Below, piece by piece: positions 1 through 8,168 of a DNA stretch of 64,000 bases. A program made the position numbers and the translations under genes. Each line of letters begins with the position of its first letter. Position 1 is the stretch's first letter. The notes beneath the pieces were generated by a model that worked only from the letters and a program-made list of their open reading frames with translations, did not search any database and was not told the origin of the DNA. This DNA is from a virus (lineage: Duplodnaviria > Heunggongvirae > Uroviricota > Caudoviricetes). The stretch lies in the IMG/VR virus record IMGVR_UViG_3300046522_000750; one strand, written 5' to 3'.

Positions 1-14
1 CCCTTTCAGCCACA

Positions 15-770
15 GGCGTCCTGAATCTGTCCCGATATTCGCTGAGCGCCGCTATTTATAAGGCATTCAGACCATCATCACTGACCAGCCAACACCAGGA
101 ATCTGTCCACATTTGGCATTTACGGCCTTCTATCTGGCCGAATACGTTCATCCATGTCCGGTATCTGTCCACATTAAGGCTCAAATTCGCCGCTTATATC
201 TGCTGCAAGTCCCGTAATACAGGGTCTTCGGCCAATTTTTAAGCTCCGATGTTTGCTGAGCACAATGCCGAGAACAGCCGTGACCCTGATGTCTGCTGTG
301 CGCAGTGCCGTTTTTACTCCTGAATCTGTCCATATTTGGCCCCACGCCTTGCACTGCGCAGCCACTGCTAACGGGCCCATGGCCGAAGCTGTCCGGTATC
401 TGTCCATATTTGCCTGCTCGAACCTGCATCCCGAATCTGTCCCGATATTCCATGAGCGCCACGGATCACAAGGGCTCCAGCACAAAGACAGTTTCTTTTG
501 TGTACTTAAGCTCCTGATTCGCCGGCCCCCGCTCATGACGGCTCCAGGCCAATCAATCAGGTCGGGTATCCGTCCACATTGGGCATGGATCAAGGTGTCT
601 CGTAAGTGTCCCGATATTTGCTGAGCGCCCCGATCTAGAGCGCTCTAACTGCATTTGCGGGTGAATGGCGCCTCTGCCCTACGTCCAGGCTCATTTCGAC
701 CGATGTTTGCTGTGCGTTGTGTTTGCTGGCAAATGGCGTCCTGAATCTGTCCCGATATTCGCTGAGCGCC
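15..770 (+). repeat. Iteron array of the plasmid replication origin (about 9 direct repeats, core ATCTGTCC-nn-AT-w-TT)
   Basis: Core at 25, 101, 163, 324, 398, 435, 568 (variant), 604 (variant) and 745. An exact 36-bp repeat GGCGTCCTGAATCTGTCCCGATATTCGCTGAGCGCC is at 15-50 and 735-770. The array lies directly upstream of the Rep gene. Confidence 0.8.
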
Positions 771-1067
771 CCGGTTCACGTGGCCTGCGAGGCGGTTGTA
801 AAAGATCCATAGGCGGCCTGAAGGCCGAAGGGGCGACCTCTCTCTTTGGTTGAGCCTGCTTGATGGCCTGCAATTACTGGTGCTCAGCAAACATCGGGCT
901 GCGCACACGAGACATCGGAATTCGTTCACAAAACATCGCAGTTCAAAACTTGGCTCTGTGTTCTGCTCGCAGTTCAAGAACAATACGATCTAACCAGCCA
1001 CTTTCAGGTGCTGCTTCAAGATATATACTCCGGTTACCCAATAATCGATCAGTAAGGAGCGTCCATC

Positions 1068-2186
1068 ATGTCGGTGCAAGAAGCGAAAATCTTGAACCCG
1101 GCAGAGCCATTGACGCAAACCATCGCAGATCGACGCACCAAACTGCTGAAGGGCTTTGACCTATCGTCAGCGCAAGGCATCCTGCCGCTGACCAACGAAG
1201 AATTCCACGAGCAAGCCAACCCCATCGTGCGCAGTGCGCTGTTTGCCGCGATCAAGTCCAAGGGTCGCTATGACGAGTGGACGGACATCTTCTCACTGGG
1301 CGGCACCGTCAAGTACAAAGGCCCACAACTGACCGTCGACCATGAAATGCTGTTCACCCGCATTCTGGTGAGGGCTCGAGGCCGTTCGCTGACTAAGCCA
1401 GTGCCCTTCTTGATGACCGAGGCCCTGGGTTGGCTCAATATCAAGGACTCAGGCCCTAACCGAACCCGTATCCGCACCCTGCTGGAAGATCTTGAAGCCG
1501 GCAGCGTGAAGATCGCGAGCAAGTCCATGCTGGCCCGCCTGTACAACGTGCTGACACGCAAAGACCTTGAGTCGCTGCCAGACGGCAACTTCCTCAAGCA
1601 GAGCGTGACCAACCGGTACAGCGAATACCTGCCGATGATTATGGACTGCTACAACAACAAGGAGCCGTTCGAGATCTCCCTGAGCTTCATCAATCGCAAT
1701 GCCACCCAAGGCAACTCGCGCCGGCTGATGGTGGAGCTTGACGACATGATGGCGTTGTTGTTCGATGGGGTGAACACCACCCTGGTGCCTTTCGAGCTGT
1801 GGGACTCTCTGGATGCCTATGGTAAGAAACTGATGCCCTTCATCGCCTCTCACCGCGATGGCGTGTTCAATCTTCTTCTGGAGAGCTACCACTGCCTCTC
1901 CGGCAGCAAATCGACCTATGAGTCGGTAGAGCGTCGGTTCAAGTCTGACTTCAACAAGCGGCTTAAGGAATATGAGGATAAAGGCTACATCGAGCCTGGC
2001 TGGGGGATTGTGCGCAATCGCGAGCACCGCTGGATGGTCACCGGCCTTAAAGGCGCCGATGCCCTGAAGATCAAATCAGAGTTGCTCAAGGGCTCTTTTG
2101 TCGACCCGGATCCGGCTGTGCACTATGCCGATGAAGATGAGTCCGATGTAATTGAGCACGTGCCTGATCAGGCCAGCCTGCTTTAA
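1068..2186 (+). CDS. repA: Plasmid replication initiator protein, TrfA-like
   Basis: 372 aa with RBS AAGGAG. The NPIVRSALF and YKGPQL motifs resemble TrfA-family initiators, and the gene is next to the iterons. Confidence 0.75.
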   Translation: MSVQEAKILNPAEPLTQTIADRRTKLLKGFDLSSAQGILPLTNEEFHEQANPIVRSALFAAIKSKGRYDEWTDIFSLGGTVKYKGPQLTVDHEMLFTRILVRARGRSLTKPVPFLMTEALGWLNIKDSGPNRTRIRTLLEDLEAGSVKIASKSMLARLYNVLTRKDLESLPDGNFLKQSVTNRYSEYLPMIMDCYNNKEPFEISLSFINRNATQGNSRRLMVELDDMMALLFDGVNTTLVPFELWDSLDAYGKKLMPFIASHRDGVFNLLLESYHCLSGSKSTYESVERRFKSDFNKRLKEYEDKGYIEPGWGIVRNREHRWMVTGLKGADALKIKSELLKGSFVDPDPAVHYADEDESDVIEHVPDQASLL

Positions 2187-2416
2187 GAAATAGGATCGAC
2201 CACGAGGAAGGACGGCTTCGAAAGCAAGCCTTCTGCACTGAAGCAGAACAGCCGCACAAACCTTCGATTTCCCTTCATATGACCCCGAGCGTTTGGGGCC
2301 TGCGCAGCACCGCCGACAAATTTTCTGCTGTCTGCATGGTCATCACCAATGCTACTGGCAGCCTCATGCTGATGCAAGCCAGGGCATAGATGTCCTCCCC
2401 TCCTTTTGCCTACGAG

Positions 2417-2659
2417 CTAGGAAACCCCTTGCTCATAAGCCTTGAGCTTTTCTTTGAGGCTTTCGATTTCATCCAGCAACTCAGCCTCACGGGCCAGCTG
2501 GGAGTCCGGATCAAGGCTGACAACGCCCTCAACCAGCGTCTCATGCTCATCTTTGATCATCGTCACCAGTGAGCGCATGACCACCAGCTGATCAGGATTG
2601 GCGCCGCAGCCATCGAGCATGAGCTCCAGGGTGGCGATGGGGTTTACCGTGCTAACCAT
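2417..2659 (-). CDS. Hypothetical protein (C-terminal coiled coil)
   Basis: ORF with RBS AAGGA before MVSTVNP. Confidence 0.6.
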   Translation of the reverse strand: MVSTVNPIATLELMLDGCGANPDQLVVMRSLVTMIKDEHETLVEGVVSLDPDSQLAREAELLDEIESLKEKLKAYEQGVS

Positions 2660-3240
2660 ACAAAGTCCTTTTAAGTGTGTGGAGAAGATCAAGAATCGCT
2701 GTTTATCAACAATCGGACTGACAATGCGAGTCTGTATTAGAAACCTGCACTGAAGATCATCATTAAGATCCCGCCGATCATGCCAAGAATCGTTAGCAGG
2801 CTTCGAACGGAGTTAATCGGCCCAGGCTTGTTGAGATAATCAAGCATTGCTTTTGCGCTGTAGGCTGCCAAGCACAGTCCCAAAATAACAACAATCGAGT
2901 GCATGAAGCTCTCCCAATTGACGGGTTTACTAGACGCTCAGTGCGCTCATCTAAACCAATCCGATGCCGGCGACAATCATGGTCAACCCTACAGCTTCCC
3001 CTACCATCGCAGCGAAGGACAGCAGGTAACCGTCAGGGCCTTTGCCCATCAGAAAGTCGTTAATGAACTTGAAGCAGTAGACGGTCAAGCCCAGCCCCAA
3101 GAGTGCAATGATCACGTGCATAGTGGCGTCCGTTTAATGACCTGGTGAGCGAAGTGTAACGGATTAAAATTTCAATTGATATGCTGTCAATATACTCTAT
3201 AATTCGTTCATAAGCCAAACACTCGGCAAAGGAATGACCC

Positions 3241-3534
3241 ATGCACCCAAGTCGTATTGCTACCACCGATCAAGCGCTTTCCTACCTCACCGACTGCACG
3301 CTGGCGACTGTGTGCGACCTGGCGATGAAAAAATCGGCATCGAAAAGCGAGCTCAAGCGTCAGATCAGCATGGCGCAAACCGCCATTGATTCGATGAAGC
3401 GCTTCAACGTCGACTTCAAAGGCACACGCGCTGAAGACATCTGCAGCAAGCACAATGGTTCGGTGGCAGCCTGGGCTGAGACCTTCAAGAGCCACCAGAC
3501 GCCGAACACCGCGTCCGACCAGGAAAATCAGTAA
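3241..3534 (+). CDS. Hypothetical protein
   Basis: RBS AAGGA; first gene of a coupled operon. Confidence 0.7.
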   Translation: MHPSRIATTDQALSYLTDCTLATVCDLAMKKSASKSELKRQISMAQTAIDSMKRFNVDFKGTRAEDICSKHNGSVAAWAETFKSHQTPNTASDQENQ

Positions 3535-3773
3535 TGCGGTTTTCCAGGGCTTACCGAGAGGGCCAGAAAGTCTCACGCGAACTGGACATCCACGACGCGT
3601 CCAAGGGCCTGCGCCATGGCCGGGTTTCCCGTGTGTACAGCAGCTTTGACAGCGCTGACCTGCGCTTTCGCTACGACGAGATGTACGAGGTGCTTTGGAA
3701 CGACGGCGAAACCTCTGGCGGCTTCTTGCGCCACGGCCTAACACCCGTTGCAAGCGATAAGCAGGCAGCATGA
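3534..3773 (+). CDS. Hypothetical protein
   Basis: TAATG overlap with the upstream gene. Confidence 0.65.
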   Translation: MRFSRAYREGQKVSRELDIHDASKGLRHGRVSRVYSSFDSADLRFRYDEMYEVLWNDGETSGGFLRHGLTPVASDKQAA

Positions 3774-3819
3774 GCAAGAAACCCGACCGAAATCTCATTG
3801 TCTTTCAAAGGCGCCGGCC

Positions 3820-4038
3820 ATGAGCATCTATCAGGACGCCACCGAACTGGGTGGTTATGTCGACAAAACACCAAGCTCAACGCACATGGTGTCCCTCTGG
3901 TACATTCCAGGTGGTTGCGACTACAGCAATGCCCAAATCTGCGAGATTTTCTTCGACAACGCAGAGAGCGCCGAGCGTTTTCATAAGCTCTACGACTGCC
4001 TGCCAGAAATGGCCGCGATCATCCCCTGCACTCATTAA
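3820..4038 (+). CDS. Hypothetical protein
   Basis: ORF from MSIYQD, in operon context. Confidence 0.55.
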   Translation: MSIYQDATELGGYVDKTPSSTHMVSLWYIPGGCDYSNAQICEIFFDNAESAERFHKLYDCLPEMAAIIPCTH

Positions 4039-4049
4039 CCGAGGCAACA

Positions 4050-4523
4050 ATGTCGAGCTCAACAGACGCTGGCAATGCGCAACAAGAACTTCAGCGACTT
4101 GAGCGCGAAGTCGCTGATCTCAAAGCCACTCTGGAGAAGGCCAATTCGGCGCGCTCCTGGGTAGGCCATGCCTTGGATATCGTTGGCCAAGTCCGCCAAA
4201 GCGCCAATGTTTCCAGCCACGAACTCTGGAACGCCTGCGAGTACCTCGACAAGGCCCTCGCTGCCCTGCCACGGCAGGAAAGCGCTAAAAATCCGGATGC
4301 CCTGGCTATAAGCCAAAACAAACTCTACTACGAAGCGCTTATCCGCCTTAAAGCCACCGGCGCCAAGGTCATGTCCTTCAACGCACCCTGCTGCGGCAAA
4401 GTCGTCGAGACTCAGGGCCCAGTCTTTCCCGATTCCTGGAAGATTCAGGAAAATTGCCCGCACTGCAGCAAGCCTTACTTCATAACCGCCAATTCGAGGC
4501 AGGTCTACGCCACTCCCGCCTGA
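4050..4523 (+). CDS. Hypothetical protein, N-terminal coiled coil and C-terminal Zn ribbon
   Basis: PCCG...CPHC motifs; RBS GAGG. Confidence 0.7.
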   Translation: MSSSTDAGNAQQELQRLEREVADLKATLEKANSARSWVGHALDIVGQVRQSANVSSHELWNACEYLDKALAALPRQESAKNPDALAISQNKLYYEALIRLKATGAKVMSFNAPCCGKVVETQGPVFPDSWKIQENCPHCSKPYFITANSRQVYATPA

Positions 4524-4574
4524 CCCACCTGTCCTTTCGAGAGATCGCCCCTTCTGCCGAAGGCAGGCTATCTT

Positions 4575-4734
4575 TAGTGTCCCCACAAGGGGACATTAAG
4601 TCGAAAAATATCACTTAATGTACCCAAAATGGGTCATTAACAGTATTGCTTAAAATCCCACGACTGCTACAATGTCCCCTATCAGGTACATTAAGCCGAT
4701 TTTTAGTGCTTAATGACCCAATTAGGGGTCACTA
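4575..4734. promoter_or_regulatory. Four inverted-repeat operators upstream of the hipBA-like operon
   Basis: TAGTGTCCCCACAAGGGGACATTA (4575), TAATGTACCCAAAATGGGTCATTA (4616), CAATGTCCCCTATCAGGTACATTA (4670), TAATGACCCAATTAGGGGTCACTA (4711). Confidence 0.75.
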
Positions 4735-4736
4735 TC

Positions 4737-5066
4737 GTGTTTGCAGGATTAGCACCAAAAGCCATTGCAGAAGAGTTGGGTGATCGCTTGCAGCGGGCCC
4801 GACTCAATGCTGATCTGACACAGGCCGAAGTGGCCGAGCGGGCCGGCGTCACCCGCAAGGTGGTTGTGGCCGCCGAACAAGGTCGGGTTCAGCTCGAGAC
4901 CTTGATTGCGATCTTGATCGCCTTGGATCTGGTTGAGCAGCTCAATACTTTCCTGCCTAAGCAGGAGATCTCTCCGCTGCAGCTGGCCAAACTTCAAAGC
5001 AAAGGACGTCAGCGCGCTTCCCGCGTGACACAGACCGCACCCAAAAAGGATAAACCTACATGGTGA
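4737..5066 (+). CDS. XRE-family HTH antitoxin/regulator (HipB-like)
   Basis: LGDRLQRARLNADLTQAEVAERAGV HTH; overlaps the hipA start; GTG start (alternative ATG at 4713). Confidence 0.85.
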   Translation: MFAGLAPKAIAEELGDRLQRARLNADLTQAEVAERAGVTRKVVVAAEQGRVQLETLIAILIALDLVEQLNTFLPKQEISPLQLAKLQSKGRQRASRVTQTAPKKDKPTW

Positions 5067-6379
5067 TGGAAGTCGTTAAGGTCTCGTACGCTGGCCACAA
5101 TGTCGGTGCCGTCAGCTTCGACACTGACACTGGCCTTGGTGCGTTTGAATACTCGCCAGAGTTCATCAAGACCGGAATCGAGCTGTCGCCAATTAAGATG
5201 CCGCTGTCCAAGCGAATCTTCAGTTTTCCTGAGCTTGATTCAGCGACCTTCAAGGGCCTTCCTGGCTTGATTGCCGATTCCCTGCCCGATGACTTCGGTA
5301 ATGCAGTGCTCAACGCCTGGGTGGCCAGCCAGGGCCGTCTGCCAGCGGATATCACACCGCTGCAGCGTTTGCAGTACACCGGCAAGCGCGGCATGGGTGC
5401 CTTGGAATACATTCCGGCCACGCAGGTCAGAAGCCTCAATGCCTCCCAGCCAGTCGAGATCAAGTCGCTGGTGAGCATTGCTCAGGAGATTCTTGATGAC
5501 CGGGCCAACTTCAACGTCGAGCTGGCCGGTAACGGCCATGCGGATCGTGAAGGCATGATGGCCCTGCTCTCTGTCGGCATGAGCGCCGGTGGTGCCCGGC
5601 CAAAGGCGGTACTGGCCTTTAACGACGACTTCACGCAGGTGCGCTCCGGCCAGGCCAAGGTGCCCAAGGGGTTTACCCACTACCTGATGAAGTTCGATGG
5701 GGTGAGTGAACACAACAAGACCAAGGAAACCTTTGGTGATCCCATGGGCTATGGCGCCATGGAATACGTTTATTTTTTGATGGCAAAAAAATGCGGTATC
5801 GACATGATGCCCTGCCATCTGCTCACTGAAGGCAACCGTCGTCACTTCATTACCGAGCGTTTTGATCGCGCAGGCAATGAGAAGATCCACGTCCAGACGC
5901 TTAACGGCTTGGCTCACGTCGACTACAAGCAGCCTGGCTCTTATTCCTACGCAGAGCTGTTGGGCCTGGCGCGCCTGCTCAAGCTGTCCGCCAAAGACGC
6001 CGAACAGATCTTCCGGCGCATGGTGTTCAACATCGTGAGTCGCAACCATGACGACCACTCAAAGAACTTTGCCTTCTTGATGGGCGATGATCATCAATGG
6101 GCCCTGGCACCGGCCTATGACCTGGCCTACAGCTACAAGCCGGGCAGCAAATGGGTGAACAGCCACTGGATGAGCCTTAACGGTAAGCGTGAAAGCTTTG
6201 TGCGCGAAGACTTCTACACCTTCCTCAGCCAGAGCAAGATTTTCTCCAAACAAAAGATCGACGCAATTCTTGATGAAACCATCGAGCATGTGTCGACCTG
6301 GCGCTCGCTGGCCAAAGATAACGAGGTGCCAAAATCCCTCGCCGAACAGATTGAACAGAACCTTCGCCTGACCATTTAA
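5060..6379 (+). CDS. hipA: HipA-family Ser/Thr kinase toxin
   Basis: Couple_hipA N-terminus (DSLPDDFG), SAGGARPK P-loop, RNHDDHSKNF catalytic loop, LAPAYDL. Confidence 0.92.
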   Translation: MVMEVVKVSYAGHNVGAVSFDTDTGLGAFEYSPEFIKTGIELSPIKMPLSKRIFSFPELDSATFKGLPGLIADSLPDDFGNAVLNAWVASQGRLPADITPLQRLQYTGKRGMGALEYIPATQVRSLNASQPVEIKSLVSIAQEILDDRANFNVELAGNGHADREGMMALLSVGMSAGGARPKAVLAFNDDFTQVRSGQAKVPKGFTHYLMKFDGVSEHNKTKETFGDPMGYGAMEYVYFLMAKKCGIDMMPCHLLTEGNRRHFITERFDRAGNEKIHVQTLNGLAHVDYKQPGSYSYAELLGLARLLKLSAKDAEQIFRRMVFNIVSRNHDDHSKNFAFLMGDDHQWALAPAYDLAYSYKPGSKWVNSHWMSLNGKRESFVREDFYTFLSQSKIFSKQKIDAILDETIEHVSTWRSLAKDNEVPKSLAEQIEQNLRLTI

Positions 6380-6391
6380 AGGGGAGTTGTC

Positions 6392-6670
6392 ATGACGACA
6401 CTGGCAGAACACCTGAAGCTCGAAATGCTGAAAAAAGGCGCCGACATCGTATGGGCCGGCGATCCTGACTTGTGCATTTCGGCTTACTTGCGCTTTGGCG
6501 GCAAGGTCGAGCATCCGCTGAACAAGATCAAAGCGACTCTGGATGCCGCACGGCGCTCTGACCTGTTCGTCAGCGACGGTTACATCCGCGCCTGCGACAG
6601 CTCCGGAACACGTGAAATCCTTCACCCGACGTTCAAACTCAAACCTCAGGAAGAGAACAACCATGAATAA
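6392..6670 (+). CDS. Hypothetical protein
   Basis: RBS GGGGAG; operon context. Confidence 0.7.
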   Translation: MTTLAEHLKLEMLKKGADIVWAGDPDLCISAYLRFGGKVEHPLNKIKATLDAARRSDLFVSDGYIRACDSSGTREILHPTFKLKPQEENNHE

Positions 6671-6950
6671 CTCCACGATTGCCGCCTTTGAAGACATCAT
6701 CAAACTGGCTTTTGAGCGCCGTGATGAGCAACCCGATGGCCGCCAGTTCCATCCGGACTACAAGTCCCTGCGCTACATCGTGCGCATGTGTGAAGCGCTG
6801 CTGGCCAAGGTTCATCAGATGGGCAATACCTCGGTGACGCTTAAGGACTTGCTGCGCCTTGAAGGCACCTGCACCGGTGCTGACTACGACCACAAGCTGG
6901 CCTTGCGCTGCTTCAACCTGGCAAATGAAGCCACTTCCGGTGGTAGTTGA
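6663..6950 (+). CDS. Hypothetical protein
   Basis: Starts MNNST; overlaps the upstream stop. Confidence 0.65.
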   Translation: MNNSTIAAFEDIIKLAFERRDEQPDGRQFHPDYKSLRYIVRMCEALLAKVHQMGNTSVTLKDLLRLEGTCTGADYDHKLALRCFNLANEATSGGS

Positions 6951-7132
6951 TGGCCAAGGCATGTGAAAAAACCGCGCCGGCCTGGCCGCAGATGATGTGG
7001 TTTGCTGACTGCGTGCATTGCGAGAAGAGTAATGCCGTGGACAGGTCTGAGTGCCTGACCAACGAGGAGCACTCTCACACTTGCACAGCCTGTGGCGTGG
7101 TCTTTAAGTTCAGCGCAAGGATTTCTGAATGA
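6950..7132 (+). CDS. Small Zn-ribbon protein
   Basis: CVHC...CTAC. Confidence 0.6.
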   Translation: MAKACEKTAPAWPQMMWFADCVHCEKSNAVDRSECLTNEEHSHTCTACGVVFKFSARISE

Positions 7133-7326
7133 GTAGTTCTGTTTTTTCTCGGCCAGCTCCGACCTGGCTAGCAATATTTGCGATGTGCCCTCGCTGTCAT
7201 AACAAGAACGAGGTTGATGCGTCCAATGCGAGTTCTGGTGATGTGCGCAGTCATAACTGCACTCTGTGTCAGTGGCCATTTCAGTATCAGATCCGGGTGC
7301 TACCCGACAACCCGCCAATCCAATAG
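7129..7326 (+). CDS. Small Zn-ribbon protein (probable paralogue of 6950..7132)
   Basis: CPRC...CTLC with shared N.VD and HxC; ATGA overlap. Confidence 0.6.
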   Translation: MSSSVFSRPAPTWLAIFAMCPRCHNKNEVDASNASSGDVRSHNCTLCQWPFQYQIRVLPDNPPIQ

Positions 7327-7337
7327 GAGAACATCCC

Positions 7338-7829
7338 GTGCCGACAATGACCGACCCTATGGATGCGTTGATCAGCCTCCAGCAGCAAGTACGTAAAGGC
7401 ATCGACACTATCCCTGGCGAGAAGTACCCAGGCTTGCGCGTGCTGGTCGACCGGCCTAACGGTGAGTTGCGTTACACCTACGCCAAGATCGAGCATGGCA
7501 GGGTCAAAGCCATCGTGATCCTGCTCATGAATGACCCTGTTGGTGGGATCGTGCGCTTCAGCCTGGGTTACGCAGTGCCTGAGACTTACCGCAATCGTGG
7601 CTGGGCCACCCAGATCGTCCAGCAGAGCCTGGAAGAGCTTCGCATTGGCCTTACCCGAAACGGGCTCAACTGCTTCTTTCTGGATGCGGTTGTCGGTGAA
7701 GCCAACATTGCTTCGCAGAGAGTTGCCGCCAAGATCTTCCCCGATGCGCCTTTGTCGATAATTGACGCCGAATCGGGTGAGCCTGCTTTTGCCTACGACA
7801 AGCTCATTGAGCTCAAGGATGCCGCATGA
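7338..7829 (+). CDS. GNAT-family N-acetyltransferase (RimJ/L-like)
   Basis: GYAVPETYRNRGWA motif A and NIASQRVA motif B; RBS AGGAG. Confidence 0.8.
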   Translation: MPTMTDPMDALISLQQQVRKGIDTIPGEKYPGLRVLVDRPNGELRYTYAKIEHGRVKAIVILLMNDPVGGIVRFSLGYAVPETYRNRGWATQIVQQSLEELRIGLTRNGLNCFFLDAVVGEANIASQRVAAKIFPDAPLSIIDAESGEPAFAYDKLIELKDAA

Positions 7830-8110
7830 ACATTCAAGGCTTTGTACTGCGCAAACCGACCTGGGTCGACCTGCTGATCAATGTCATAACGCTGGTCGCT
7901 GGGCTGTGGGCCTGCAGTGTTTTAGCTGAGCGATTCGGCTTTAACTCCAATACGATGCACGTCTACCTGATCGGCTCGCTCGGCTCTGTCATTGCCGCGT
8001 CGTTCGGCATCTCGATACGCGAGAGCGGATGGAAGAGTCTTTTTATCTCGGTGCCGTTCTCCGTCCTTCTGGTCTTTATCGCTATATTGGTTGGGTGGCT
8101 GCCCAAGTAG
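7826..8110 (+). CDS. Small membrane protein (about 3 TM)
   Basis: Hydrophobic segments; ATGA overlap. Confidence 0.65.
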   Translation: MNIQGFVLRKPTWVDLLINVITLVAGLWACSVLAERFGFNSNTMHVYLIGSLGSVIAASFGISIRESGWKSLFISVPFSVLLVFIAILVGWLPK

Positions 8111-8130
8111 GCTACTTTGTTACCAAACAA

Positions 8131-8153
8131 AAACCCCCGCAGTGCGGGGGTTT
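8131..8153. terminator. Bidirectional intrinsic terminator
   Basis: AAACCCCCGC-AGT-GCGGGGGTTT between convergent genes. Confidence 0.8.
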
Positions 8154-8168
8154 CTTTTTAAGACCCTA

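Noticed and set aside
15-770. CRISPR array
   Set aside because: The repeats vary in length and sequence, spacing is irregular (about 37-160 bp), and no cas genes are present. The position beside Rep indicates iterons.
174-1159. Several overlapping ORFs in the origin region
   Set aside because: They are translations of the iteron repeats, with no RBS and no protein-like features.
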